Shown: positions 52,791-64,000 of the stretch, one piece after another | How the letters are laid out: the number at the start of each line of letters is the position of its first letter | Position numbering within the stretch: the stretch's first letter is position 1 | DNA from: Vicugna vicugna | Taxonomy: Eukaryota | Direction: 5' to 3' | NCBI GenBank assembly: GCA_013265495.1 | Contig: MU058423.1 | Span: forward strand, 4,510,793 to 4,574,792 | DNA: 64,000 nt | Position numbers and translations under genes: made by a program | Notes under the pieces: generated by a model | Databases searched by the model: none | What the model was told of the DNA's origin: nothing | The model's input: only the letters and a program-made list of their open reading frames with translations

Positions 52791-54274
52791 ATATATCAGG
52801 CCAGGTGAGTTTTTCCCACAGCTTACTAACCCTGTGCTTACTCTTTTGCCTTCTCTCTGTTTTATCTGGTATAGTTTTGTGGCTATGTCTTTATGTTCTA
52901 ATCTGCCAGTTACCCCACTCAGTATATTTGTCTTCTCATTACTGCAGTTTTTAAGTCTAGAAGTTCACTTTGAGTCTTTTAAATATTTCCCACTTTCTTA
53001 CTTAATTATTTGAATTAGTGGAATACAGTTATTATAACTGTTTGAATGTCTTTGTCTGCTAATTCTAACACTTCTATCATTTCTGGGTCAGTTTTGATTG
53101 ATTTTTCTCCTCATCATGAGTTCTTTTCTCTGGCTCTTTGCAGGCCATTATTATTTTAAAAAAAATACTTGTTTCCACACATTGTAGATGCTAATCTCAT
53201 TGTGTGCTGAATATCTTTGTATCACTCTGAATATTCTTAAAGTATGTTCAAGAATGCAACATAATTGCTTTTTGCTATCCTTTTGGTCTTGCTTTTAAGA
53301 TTTGTTGTATAGAAACAGAGCAGCGTTTAGTCCAAGGCTAATTTTCCTCCACTACTAAGGAAAAAAATCCTTGTTTGAGTACTCCTCCCAATGCCCTATA
53401 AATTCTGATGTTTTCCAGTTTGGCTTGTGGGAACAGGCAGTATTCCCAGCCTTGCGTGAGTTTGGTACTGTCCCTTCTAATCCTTCTTAGTTTTCTCACA
53501 TTGTGGATTTTCAGAGTTCCTGCTCTGTGTAGCATTATTAAAGTGCTCTGTCCTGTGAACTTTATCTTTGTGTGCCCTGGACTCAGATGCTTTCATGTCA
53601 GGAAGCCATTGTCTTTTGCCTGGGTTCCTCCCTATTCACCCCAAGTCATGGCTTGGAAATGTCTCAAGGCAGGAAGCTGAGACAATCTCAAGGATCATCT
53701 CATTTGAGTCCTGTCCCTCAGGGATCAATATCCTTCATTGCCCAATATCTAGTGTCTTTAAAACCATTGTTTCATGTATTTTACCCAGTGTTTTGGTTCA
53801 AGCAGGATGGTGAATCCAATATAGGTCATTTGATCTTGGCTGCAAGTGGGAAGCCCATAAGTTTCTTTTAACAATTAAATTAAATAGCATGTTAAAATGT
53901 TTGCATATAACACTCCATGCATATACCCATTATTTTCAGAAAATGTATGAAGTATAAATATCACCTTACTACTCAAAAATCAACTGGGAAATTCTACTGT
54001 AACATAGATATTTTATTATAAAAGTCACAGTACGGATATTGTAGAATATGTGGAAAGCAGAAACACTAAAAAGAATATTTAAATCACCTATAATCACACT
54101 GCCAAGATATAATCACTAATGATATTTTGGAATGTAGGCTTCTAATTCATTTTTTGCATGTATTGGCATCCTTTCCCCCCAATATTATACAGTAAGAATT
54201 TTTGATGACATTAACTGTTTTTCAAAACAAGATTCTCATTGAATGGATGAAAATATATTTATAGATAGGCAATT

Positions 54275-54994
54275 CTTTTTTTATTTACATTTTTAATTGA
54301 GTTATAGTCATTTTACAATGTTGTGTCCATTTCCAGTGTAGAGCACAATTTTTCAGTTTTACATGAACATACATATATTTATTGTCACATTCTTTTTTGC
54401 TGTGAGCTACCACAAGATCTTGTATATATTTTCCTCTGCTATACAGTATAATCTTGTTTATCTGTTCTACATATGCCTGTCAGTATCTACAAATTTCAAA
54501 CTCCCAGTCTGTCCCTTCCCACTCCCCTACCCCCTGGCAACCACAAGTTTGTATTCTATGTCTATGGGTCTGTTTCTGTTTTGTATTTATGTTCTTGTTT
54601 TTTTTTTTTAGATTCTACATATGAGTGATCTCATATGGTATTTTTCTTTCTCTTTCTGGCTTACTTCACTTAGAATGACATTATCCAGGAACATTCATGT
54701 TGCTGCAAGTGGCGTTATGTTGTTATTTTTTATGGCTGAATACTATTCCACTGTATAAATATACCACATCTTCTTTATCCAGTCATCTGTCGATGGACAT
54801 TTAGGTTGTTTCCATGTCTTGGCTTTTGTAAATAGTGCTCCTATGAACATTGGGGTGCAGGTATCTTTTTGAAGTAGGGTTCCTTCTAGATAAATGCCCA
54901 GGAGCGGGATGACAGGGTCATATGGTAAGTCTATGCCTAGTCTTTTGAGGACTCTCCATACTGCTGCACCAAACTGCATTCCCACCAGCAGTGT
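54275..54994 (-). mobile_element. Younger lineage-specific L1, 5'-truncated
   Basis: ORF2 C-terminal peptide LPYDPVIPLLGIY...TCTPMFIGALFT.AKTWKQPKCPSTDDWIKKMWYIYT, a T-rich tail, and candidate TSD atagat(agg/gca)caattcttt at 54261-54278 and 54995-55012. Confidence 0.92.
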
Positions 54995-55574
54995 ATAGAT
55001 GCACAATTCTTTATTTGAATTAACCATTAATCTTTCATGGGGGCATTTAGATAGTTTTGAATTTTTACAACTATAAGTAATACATTTTACATACCCTTTT
55101 CCCATTATTTCTTTTAAATAGATTTTTAGTCTGATTACCAGTTCAGTCTTTTTTTTTTTTTTGGTAGAAACTAAGTTAAGTGATAACTTTTGTTTGTAAA
55201 AGATCTTTCTTAATAGATAGTCAGTTTTATTTTGTGGGATTAGAGTTGACTGATGCTAAAGATCATGCCATACTGCATTGTGACACTGCAGGTATAAGTA
55301 AACTTCATTTAGTCAAGACACTTCCCTGTATTCATGCTAGTTAATTGAAAAGTCCTATAACCAGGAGAAAGATTCTGAAAGATTAATGAAGTTTGTCAAA
55401 GGAGCCAGCAGACAGTGATCCAGATGCTGAGATAATTTTTCCTGATCCCCTTTTCACATTCACCACATTAGAATAAACAAATCATTGGAAAACAGATGAC
55501 TTCAGTGAGAAAATGTGTGTGAAAGGACTGCTGTACCTATAATGAATGAAGTTATCATCCGTGAGCATACCATT

Positions 55575-55750
55575 GGTATTCAGATTCTGCCCTTTCCATT
55601 TATTAGTTATGTGGACTTCTGAATCTCCTTGGTTCTCAGTTTTTGCATCTGTAAAATGAGAATTGTGTAATACTTCAGATGGTTGTTGTGAGGATTCAAT
55701 TGAATAGTAAATGCACAGCATTGGAACAGTGCCTGGCAGATGGTGAATAG
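55575..55750 (+). mobile_element. MIR SINE
   Basis: ctcagtttttgcatctgtaaaatgag...ggttgttgtgaggatt...gaacagtgcctggca. Confidence 0.8.
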
Positions 55751-56834
55751 TTAGGATTTAGCAGATACTAATGTCAATCCTCTATATGACCTTTATATAA
55801 AAAATTCACTTTTCCTTAGTAAATAATTATCAATACTTATTGGATGAAGCAATTGGTTAGTTTCTGGTACAAAAAAGGAGAAAGTTTATATTACAACCTT
55901 ATGAGCTCACTAGAATTTACTTAGTCTTCTACTTGTGAACTTTATTGTGAATCAAAGACTTCTATAAGGGAAATTGCAACTGTCTACCATAAGAATCCCT
56001 TTTAAAGTCTCTTTGGCAGCTGGTCTCACCAATCTTGTCTGAGAACCCTAGTCCCCAAAGCTGGCTTCCTTGCTGGTACTCTTCATTGTGGGGCAGTGCA
56101 GTTTAGAAAAAAATATGCTGTAGGTTATATAGCCGTGATTTCTACCTCTGATTTTAGGTTCCCCTTTGAACAAGTCAACGACTTCCACTTTTACCTATTG
56201 CTTAGGTTTTACTCCTTCAAGCCATTCACTAGATTTTCTTTAAGCTTTTTCTAATATGGACAAGATTTCCTTATCTTTTACTATCATCCTGGGTCAATCT
56301 TTCTCAGAGAAAAATAACCTAACTCCATAGATAGTTTTTAAGCTACATCATCAAGCAAAAAAGATAGCATATTTAAATTTTGCTGTAAAAGACTTAAAAT
56401 TGAGATTTTTGACACATTAAAATGTTTTTCATGTATGTGAAATAGAAATTTATCACGGGTGTAACTGCTTTTTTTGAGTAGTAATTTTCAATTCCATAGG
56501 ATATAGGAAATTATACATATTTTTCATCCATACACATTTTAAAATTGATTTTTCTTTCCTAGAAATTGTTTTCTCTTTCAGCAACATCAAATGCTAGAAT
56601 AAAAACTTACATTAAAATCAATTTTTAGAAGAACATTCAAATGTAAAATAGTGTTATGTATCTTATTCTCTGTGCTGTGAAATTGCAATGGTAGATCCAG
56701 GAATAAGCAAATATTATTCTCTCCTTTCTCTGTTATAAACATCTACCTATTTTGGATTTTAAACAATTAGCACTAGTCCTTTTGTTCACTTATAACTGGA
56801 AAAAAATTGCTAACTTTTTAAACTATCTAAGCCA

Positions 56835-56945
56835 ACCCATTCATTTTACAGATAAAGAAATGGAGGCTCACAGATATTAAGTCACTTGTCTAACACCATC
56901 CAGCTCTTTAGTGGAAGAATCCAAATTAGAAGTGAGATCTGGCAT
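56835..56945 (-). mobile_element. MIR SINE core
   Basis: cattttacagataaagaaatggaggctcacagatattaagtcacttgtc. Confidence 0.7.
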
Positions 56946-58029
56946 ATATAGTTATCACCAATATCTTAGAAAAGATTTTGTTTCCAAATAGCTTATTGGT
57001 AGTTATTCCATAATGATTTTAAATTATTTCCAATTTAACAAATCTTAAGATTTGCATGACCAATTACTTGGCACTAATGCAGGGACTCCAAGGAAGCCTA
57101 AGATGTTGCTTCCCTATTCACAGTGCTCCCAGCAGAGGAGAAACACACACAGGTAAAATAATTAAAGAGGACTTCGAGGTAAAACATAGTGGCAGATGGG
57201 ACTGGGAGGTGGTAGGTTGAAGTGGGTGCCAGCTGGGGAGAAAAGCCAGTAAGGTTGAGCAATCAACCTGAGATAATGCAGTTGCAGAGAAATCTTTTGG
57301 AAAACTGTTGGAACATTAATGGAGCCACCTAACCACCCCCTTTTTCTTGTCTACCTTGTGCTATGGAGTAGAGCGGAAAAAAACACCCAACAGGAAGATG
57401 GAAGCAATTATTTACTCTTTGCCTCCAAGGTCAGGTGCTTATCTAAACTCTTCTATACTCAGACCCCACTGTATACACCTCATGCTGAAGACTGTTCTAC
57501 TAAGTTTTATTGTTATTACGACAGGTATAAATTCACTTCAGCTAGCAAGAGTGCCAGACTGTATTCATGTTAGTTAATTGAAGAGTTCATAACCATCAGG
57601 AGGAAACTGAACTATTAAGGAATATATTCTTTACATTTAATTCGAAGTAAGCAAGAAGTGACACCACCAGGATAGAACTCTTAATTTGCTGCCTTTCTGC
57701 CCCATCACCACAGCTTGTTATCTTTAATTTCGTCTTTTCCACCTTCTCTCCCATTGCAGAGGATGAAGTAACCCTTTTTATCCTAAGTGAATCCATCTAA
57801 TTGCTTTCGAAAGCTCTTCAAAGATCTGGATAAATTAATTTTTTTTATGTTTTTAAACTCCCATTCTTTACTGGCTCCTTTATACTATACTATACTCAAC
57901 TATTTCTCATTTTTATAAGGGAAAATAAATCTCCATCAAACTTGTTTACTTACTATTTAATGCCTTATCGTTTTCCTTTCATAATCAATTTTCAGATAAG
58001 TACAATGTCTACTTCCTTAGCAAATATTC

Positions 58030-60250
58030 ACTGTTTTAAAACAGCTTTATTGAGATACAATTTACAGACCTTAAAATTTACCTACTTTAAGGGTACAGTT
58101 CTCTATGAGTTTTAGTAGATATATTCAGTCACCACATTCCAGCTTTAGAACACTACCATCATCTCAACAGCTCCCTCATGCCTTTCTGAGTTAACCCCAT
58201 TCTCACTCCCCACTCTAGACAACCATTGACCTGATTTCGTCTTCATAGTGTTGTATTTCCTAGAAATTCCAAGGTATTGGATTTGTATAATATGTAGTTT
58301 TTTGTATCTAGCTTCTCTCAGATGGCGTAGTGTTTTGGGGATTCATTCTTGTTTTACATGTATTGCTGGTGTGTTCCTTTTTGTTTCTGAGAGGTATTTT
58401 ATTGTGCAGATAGACCACAGTTTCTTTACTCATCTGCTGATAGAAGTTTGGGTTGTTTCCAGGTTTTGGCTATCAAAACTAATACTTCTATGAGCATCAC
58501 GTACAAGTCTTCGGCCATATTTTCATTTACCTTGGGGGATATGTAGGAGTGAAACTGCTGTGTTGTATGGGAAGGGTATGTTTACCTTTTTTTAAGGAAA
58601 CTACCAAACTTTCACCAAAATGGTTGTAACATTTTTACATTTCTCACAGCAGTGTATGAGAATTTTAGTGTCTTAACATTCTTTACAACTTTCGGAAAAC
58701 CTTTTTGATTATACTCATTCCAGTGGGGTTTTAGTGGTATATTCTGTGGTTGACTGTGTTTTGTTGGTATTATTTCATGTGCTTATTTGTCATTTTAATA
58801 TCTAACTTGGTAAAGTGCTTATTCAAATTTTTTTTGCCAATTTTAATCTATTGGTTTATTTATCTTCTTACTATTGAATTATAAATTTTGATATATTCTG
58901 AACACAAGAGTTTTGACAATTATATGCAAATACTTTCAGTCTATGACTTGTCTCTCCACTTTGTCAATGTTATTTTTAGAAAAACAAAAGTTCTTAATTT
59001 GGATTTATAAAAAAAATGTAATTTTTTTTCTTTTATAGATTGTGATTTTGGTGTCACATTTAAGAAACTTTGCCTCAGTGTTACAAAAATTTTCTCCTTT
59101 GTTTTCAACTAAAAGTTTCCTAGTTTCAGGTTTTATATTCAAGTATATGATCCATTTTGAATTATTTTTTGGATATGTTGCAAGGCATGGATCAAAATTC
59201 ATTTTAATGCAAAGGAATATCCAGCTGTTAGCATAATTTTTAGAAAGTCTTATTTTTTCCCTGATGTATGTGCTCTTTGGAAGAAAGTTTTCAATGGATA
59301 GCCAGTTCTTAAGGGGTGAAGAATTATGCTCCATCTTCCCAAGGATGAAATGTCTGTACAATTATTTGGAATTCTTCTGCATGGATAATATATCTGGTTT
59401 TCCCCAATTATTAATTTATTCAATCATTTATATCAGTGTAGACTCATGGATATTTTGTACTCTAGGTTACAATCCATTACTGCTTTATTTCCTTCTTCTT
59501 CAGATATTCCAATTATGCCTAAGTTATGCTTTTAGAAATTGTCCTGCATTTCTTAGATATCTGTCCTATTTTTTAAAAGTTCCCATATTTTCTTTGCGTT
59601 TCAGTGTGGGAATTTTCTGATGACTTACCATCACAGTCACCGATTCTTTCCTCCGCTGTATTAAGTCTACTAATACGCCGATCAAACACCCTTCGTTTTG
59701 TTACAAAGTTCTGTTATTTGTAGCATTTCCTTTTGGATCCTTCTTAAGAGTTTCCATCCCTGGCATTGCCCAGATGTTTGTTTACTTTTACCACTGGATC
59801 ACTTAGCAAACTAACTGTAGTTATTTTAAGTTCCTATGGGATAATCCCAAAATGTGTCATAACAAGTCTGGTTTTGATAATTGCTTTGTCTCTCATCCTG
59901 TGTGTGTATATGTTTTGTTTTGTTTTGTTTTTCCTGCTGTGTTTGGCATGCCTTGTAATTTTTTTGCCCAAAGCTTGGCATCTTGTATCGGGTGATAGGA
60001 ATTGAAGTAACTCAGTCTTTAGTGTGAGGACAGATGGTGACCTGGCTAGGAGTGGGATAAACATACCTTGCCTCTTTTTCCTTGGATGAACCCTTCTCTC
60101 CAGATTTTGGGGGTGGTGATCAGTTCTCTGATGGGTCCAAGAAAAGTCATTTGCTCTCAGTTTGTTCAGCTTTGTTTTTTTTTATTGTAAGGATAACAGC
60201 AATGAAGTCTAAACTTTCTCATGTTGTGGCTGAAACCAGAAGTCCTAATT
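58030..60250 (-). mobile_element. Cluster of old L1M fragments
   Basis: cagctttattgagatacaattta...; ttttggtgtcacatttaagaaactttgcct; tatgatccattttgaatta. Confidence 0.75.
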
Positions 60251-60924
60251 CATTTGTTTTTTCTCTCCGACTGAAATCTCATTTCTTCACCATTGAAATT
60301 TTTCTTAGCAAAGTCACAACTGTCTTCATTTCAAAATGCAATGGATATATTTCTCTCCTTACCCTAATCTCTTTGTGACATTTGAAACTCTTGCCCTGTT
60401 GAACTTATAAAATACCACGATTATGTTTTTTCTCTCCTAGGTTCTGCCGTCATCTATTCTTCAAATATTAGTGTTTTCCAGATTCCATCTTCAGTTTCCC
60501 TCACTTCTGATGCTCTCCTTAGTGACTGCCTCTGCTCCCTTGTTTTATTAGCTCTTCAACTTCAGTCACTCCTAAGATCACTCGCGTCTTAATCCTTCTT
60601 CTGATGCTCAGTCTCTCTCTTACACCACCATTCTGGACATACTCATGGGAATGCCTAAAACTTCAGAGTGGACGCATCCCAGTATGAAACAAGCATTTAG
60701 CTTCTTCACTGACCGCCCCAAATCTGAACTTTTCTTATATTTCTGTGTCCCTGAAAGGCTCTACTAGGCATCAGTCACACAAGTCATAAGCCTTGACATT
60801 TTATTTCACTTCTTCTTTGTCATCTAATCAGTCATCATGTCTTTCAGCTCAGTCATATCTGGAGAGTGTGTTCTGCTCTCCAAATCCATGGCCGCTAATC
60901 TCGTCTCCCACCTCTCTTCTAAGT

Positions 60925-61105
60925 TCACACACTCCAGTGTGTATCAGCATCACCTGGCAGGCTTGCTACACTGCAGAATGCTGGAATGGAGCCCGTAGTT
61001 TGTGATCTGGTAGGTCTGGGATGGGGCATGAAAATTTGCATTTCTACCAAGTCACCAGGTGATTCTGATTTTGTTGATTGCGAGATCACACTTTGATTGT
61101 TATTG
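60925..61105. mobile_element. MER5A hAT element nested in an L2 remnant (~60270-61280)
   Basis: atcagcatcacctgg...gtaggtctgggatggggc..aatttgcatttcta.caagt...caggtgattctgat...cacactttga. Confidence 0.75.
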
Positions 61106-63789
61106 TCCTAGGTGATTACAGCAGCCTCCTAAAGAATCTCCCCGTTTCTATACAAGGCTTCTTCCAAAGCCATATTCCACACCTAAAACACAAATCTCCT
61201 TAAAACCTGCAATTGCTCTTTATGGCCTTTTGGGCCCTAGCAAGTTGCTGGCACATGCTAAGTGTCTAGTGTTTGTGTAAACAACATAAGCTTTAGAGAA
61301 TGAGTAGGATTTGCATTGGAAGGGTCAAGACATATTTTATGCTGGCAGTAGGGTCGGGTGAGGGTAGGGACAGGGTGTAGCATTAGTTCCTTAAGTAAAT
61401 GCTGTATGTGTGTATATACATATATGTATATATACAGGACAGGGAGGAAATTAGCTGGATTGGAACAGAAAGATGATTATATTAGACCGATCTCAAGGAC
61501 AGAGGGGAACTCAGTATCTTAAAAATTTTATTTTGCTTCACAGTGTTAAAGAAATCCGGATTTACTTTTACACTTTCACCCATCTTGCACAGTTTGAATA
61601 TGTGTTTTAGCATTCCCCCATGTAGCTTTTTAGAGCACAAGAAATATATATTTTTAGAGTACGTCTACTTATTCGCTTTCTGTGTAGAAATTTTTCCATT
61701 AAAATTAGCTCAAGGACTTTATTTGGCTTGCCACCACAGTCAAGACTATATTTGTCATATCCCTAGAGTCTTAATATATTATGATTTCTTTATGAAAAGA
61801 ATTGCTGTTTTCTTGAAGCTTCTCCTTCAAAGATCTTTTTTTATGTGGAGCATAGATACTTGTTTCCTAAAATGTTATTCCTCTTATTTAGGAAAATCCA
61901 TTGTAAACTACTTGTCTCCTGCCCACAGAGGTGAGTAAATTCAAGAAAAATACAAAAGTAAAAAGATATGGGTCTTCTAAGGATGATAGTCGACGAGTCT
62001 CCTCTGAGAACTGTTCGTGTCAATTAGGGTTTGTATCAGAATCTTATATAAAAATACACGTCTCCTTCCCCCCTCTTCCCAGCTTTCCTTCTGAGAGCTC
62101 ACAACACACAGAAGGAGCAGTGTCTATTTTGAAACGGCTTCCAAGGTAATTCTGATCCAGCCTGTAGAAGAGAACTAACTCAGGTTGTTGGGTCTCAGGC
62201 CTTTTTTTCCCTTGGATCAGAATTTTTCTTTTCTGATTTGAGGAGGTCATATAGTGTTGTTGATCTTTAATTTCAATCGTTAAGGGCATTGAAATGAAGA
62301 AATAAGCTACCATATTTTGTCACCATCTCTTCCAATTAAAGGGCATTTTAATTTTTAAAAAAAATGGAGGTGGAACACACTCCCAGAATAAAGAATAATC
62401 CTTTAAATAAAAAAAAGTACACTTAAAAAAAAAACTCTCCACTTTGTCCTCACTTTGTAGAGAAACATTGAAAACGTCATTATGGATCAGTGCTTTTTCT
62501 AGCATCTGAAAGCCATTGCCCTAGATAAGTTAGCAGCCGCTAGGAAAGAAAGTTAACTTCACCTTTGCTTTCTTTACCCTTTATTTTAATTTGTCATTTT
62601 AAAGCTTTGATTTCCATGTATGTCATTGTAGCCTATTTTGGTTCAATTAAGTATTTTCTCTCCCTGTTTTTCTCTGTTCTGCTCCAGGGGAACCATCCTC
62701 AGTGCTAAGAATTCATGCCATTAGATCAGATGGTCCTTTCTTTCTGTCCTTCATCCAGTGGCAGGTTTAAAACTCTTTGATGATTCAGCTCTATAATATT
62801 TAAAGTTCTATTTCAAATCCTTCAAACTTAGGGTTTTAGGAAATAGCTGCGTGGGAAGGCAAGAGAGGAGTCTATTAAAATCTACAATCCTCTTAGTGAC
62901 CCATTCACTCAGTCTCTCAACAAATCTGTTCAAGTTTTTCCCTCTACTGAAAACAAAGGAAAAAGCAAATGGGAAACTAAAACCCTACCAAGACAAATCT
63001 AAGAAGAGTCCACTTAGAAATAAGCCTTAGTAAGAGAAAATTGTATAAGAACCGCTTATTTTGTACACTCCGAACACCAGGATCTCCAATTTAACAGCTG
63101 AGTTGGGGTCCAGCCAGTTGGGGCAATTCTCTTTCACAATCCCCGGAAGGACTTTTATATTTAGAATTCTATGCAAATGAGAAAAAAATTAAGGGTGTAT
63201 TCTGTACAAAGAGCTATATACTGTTTACATGCATACAACAAACTTTCAGGGTTTTGTAGGATCTCTGAAATCACATCCTTTCCCTCTTCATTCCTTGCTT
63301 ACCGTAAGCTTTGAACAGATGAAGCCAAGGGGATGCCTCTGTTCCATCTTCATCTCCTTCTGTCTGTGACATTGTTCTCATTCAGCCAGGTCAGTGGGAC
63401 CTCTTCCACTACATTTTCGTTCTTTGTTTATTTACTTGCTCAAAGGCTAGTTATCGGACACTGACTCTTTAACAGTTAGTTTATGTGGCAGGCTTCACCT
63501 CCTTTCAACATTTTGTTTATTGTTGGTTGGGCCTGCATCATCCCAGGTGTCTGTATCTCTAAGCTGAGCATTTTAAGTGTCTCTTCTTTGGAGAGCAGTG
63601 TCCTTCTACACACAAATGCAATGTGTTTGTGAGGAAGGAGGATGAAGTCCCTTGACAGGAAGAGTGGCTTTCTGTTTAAATGAAAGCTAGAAACACATTT
63701 ACCCATTTCTGTACGGCCATGATTACATTGGTGTAGGGCCATTAAACGTCTCTTCTCCCAGCTCCTCCAAGTAGCAGTGGATGATGAGA

Positions 63790-64000
63790 ATGTTAACAGG
63801 AAGCATTTCTATGTTGCTTCTTCTGTGCCAGGAACTATTCTAATGCTTTGTTTTAATTAATTAAATATTTAAATAACCCTCTGAACTAGGGACCATGATG
63901 CTCATTTAATAGAAGAGAAATCTGAGGCATAGAAAGGTTAAGCCCGAGGTTATCTAGATAGTGGTAGAGCTGATATCATGAACACAAGCAGTGTCACTGT
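63790..64000 (-). mobile_element. MIR SINE
   Basis: tgtgccaggaact...gaagagaaatctgaggcatagaaaggttaag...agtggtagagctg. Confidence 0.7.

Noticed and set aside
52507..53013. 168 aa ORF
   Set aside because: It is an antisense reading of decayed L1 sequence.

Overview
This is AT-rich mammalian genomic DNA. It is probably from an artiodactyl and possibly a camelid, judged from PRMT6 residues, the L1 3' ends and the lack of recognisable Alu, B1, Bov-tA, PRE or CanSINE elements. The only protein-coding gene I can support is intronless PRMT6 (minus strand, CDS 7036-8166, 376 aa), lying in a CpG island with a ZNF143/THAP11-type ACTACAnnTCCCA promoter motif. The ~55 kb upstream of it is gene-poor and full of interspersed repeats (MIR, L2, L1, MaLR/ERV LTRs, hAT and Tigger elements). 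Notable items are: (1) a TSD-flanked, tail-less retrocopy of the 5' half of tRNA-Arg(TCT) ending at the intron position (496-532); (2) a decayed provirus joining class III/ERV-L-type RNaseH-integrase to a gamma-type env (~14940-17988); (3) a ~600 bp near-identical tandem duplication (35735-36942); (4) smaller duplications and a short chimeric L1. I found no convincing evidence for a wholly new multi-gene system. Nearly all other ORFs in the track are repeat-derived or chance ORFs. Repeat family names are by-eye calls from memory of consensus sequences and need Dfam/RepeatMasker confirmation; many boundaries are approximate.
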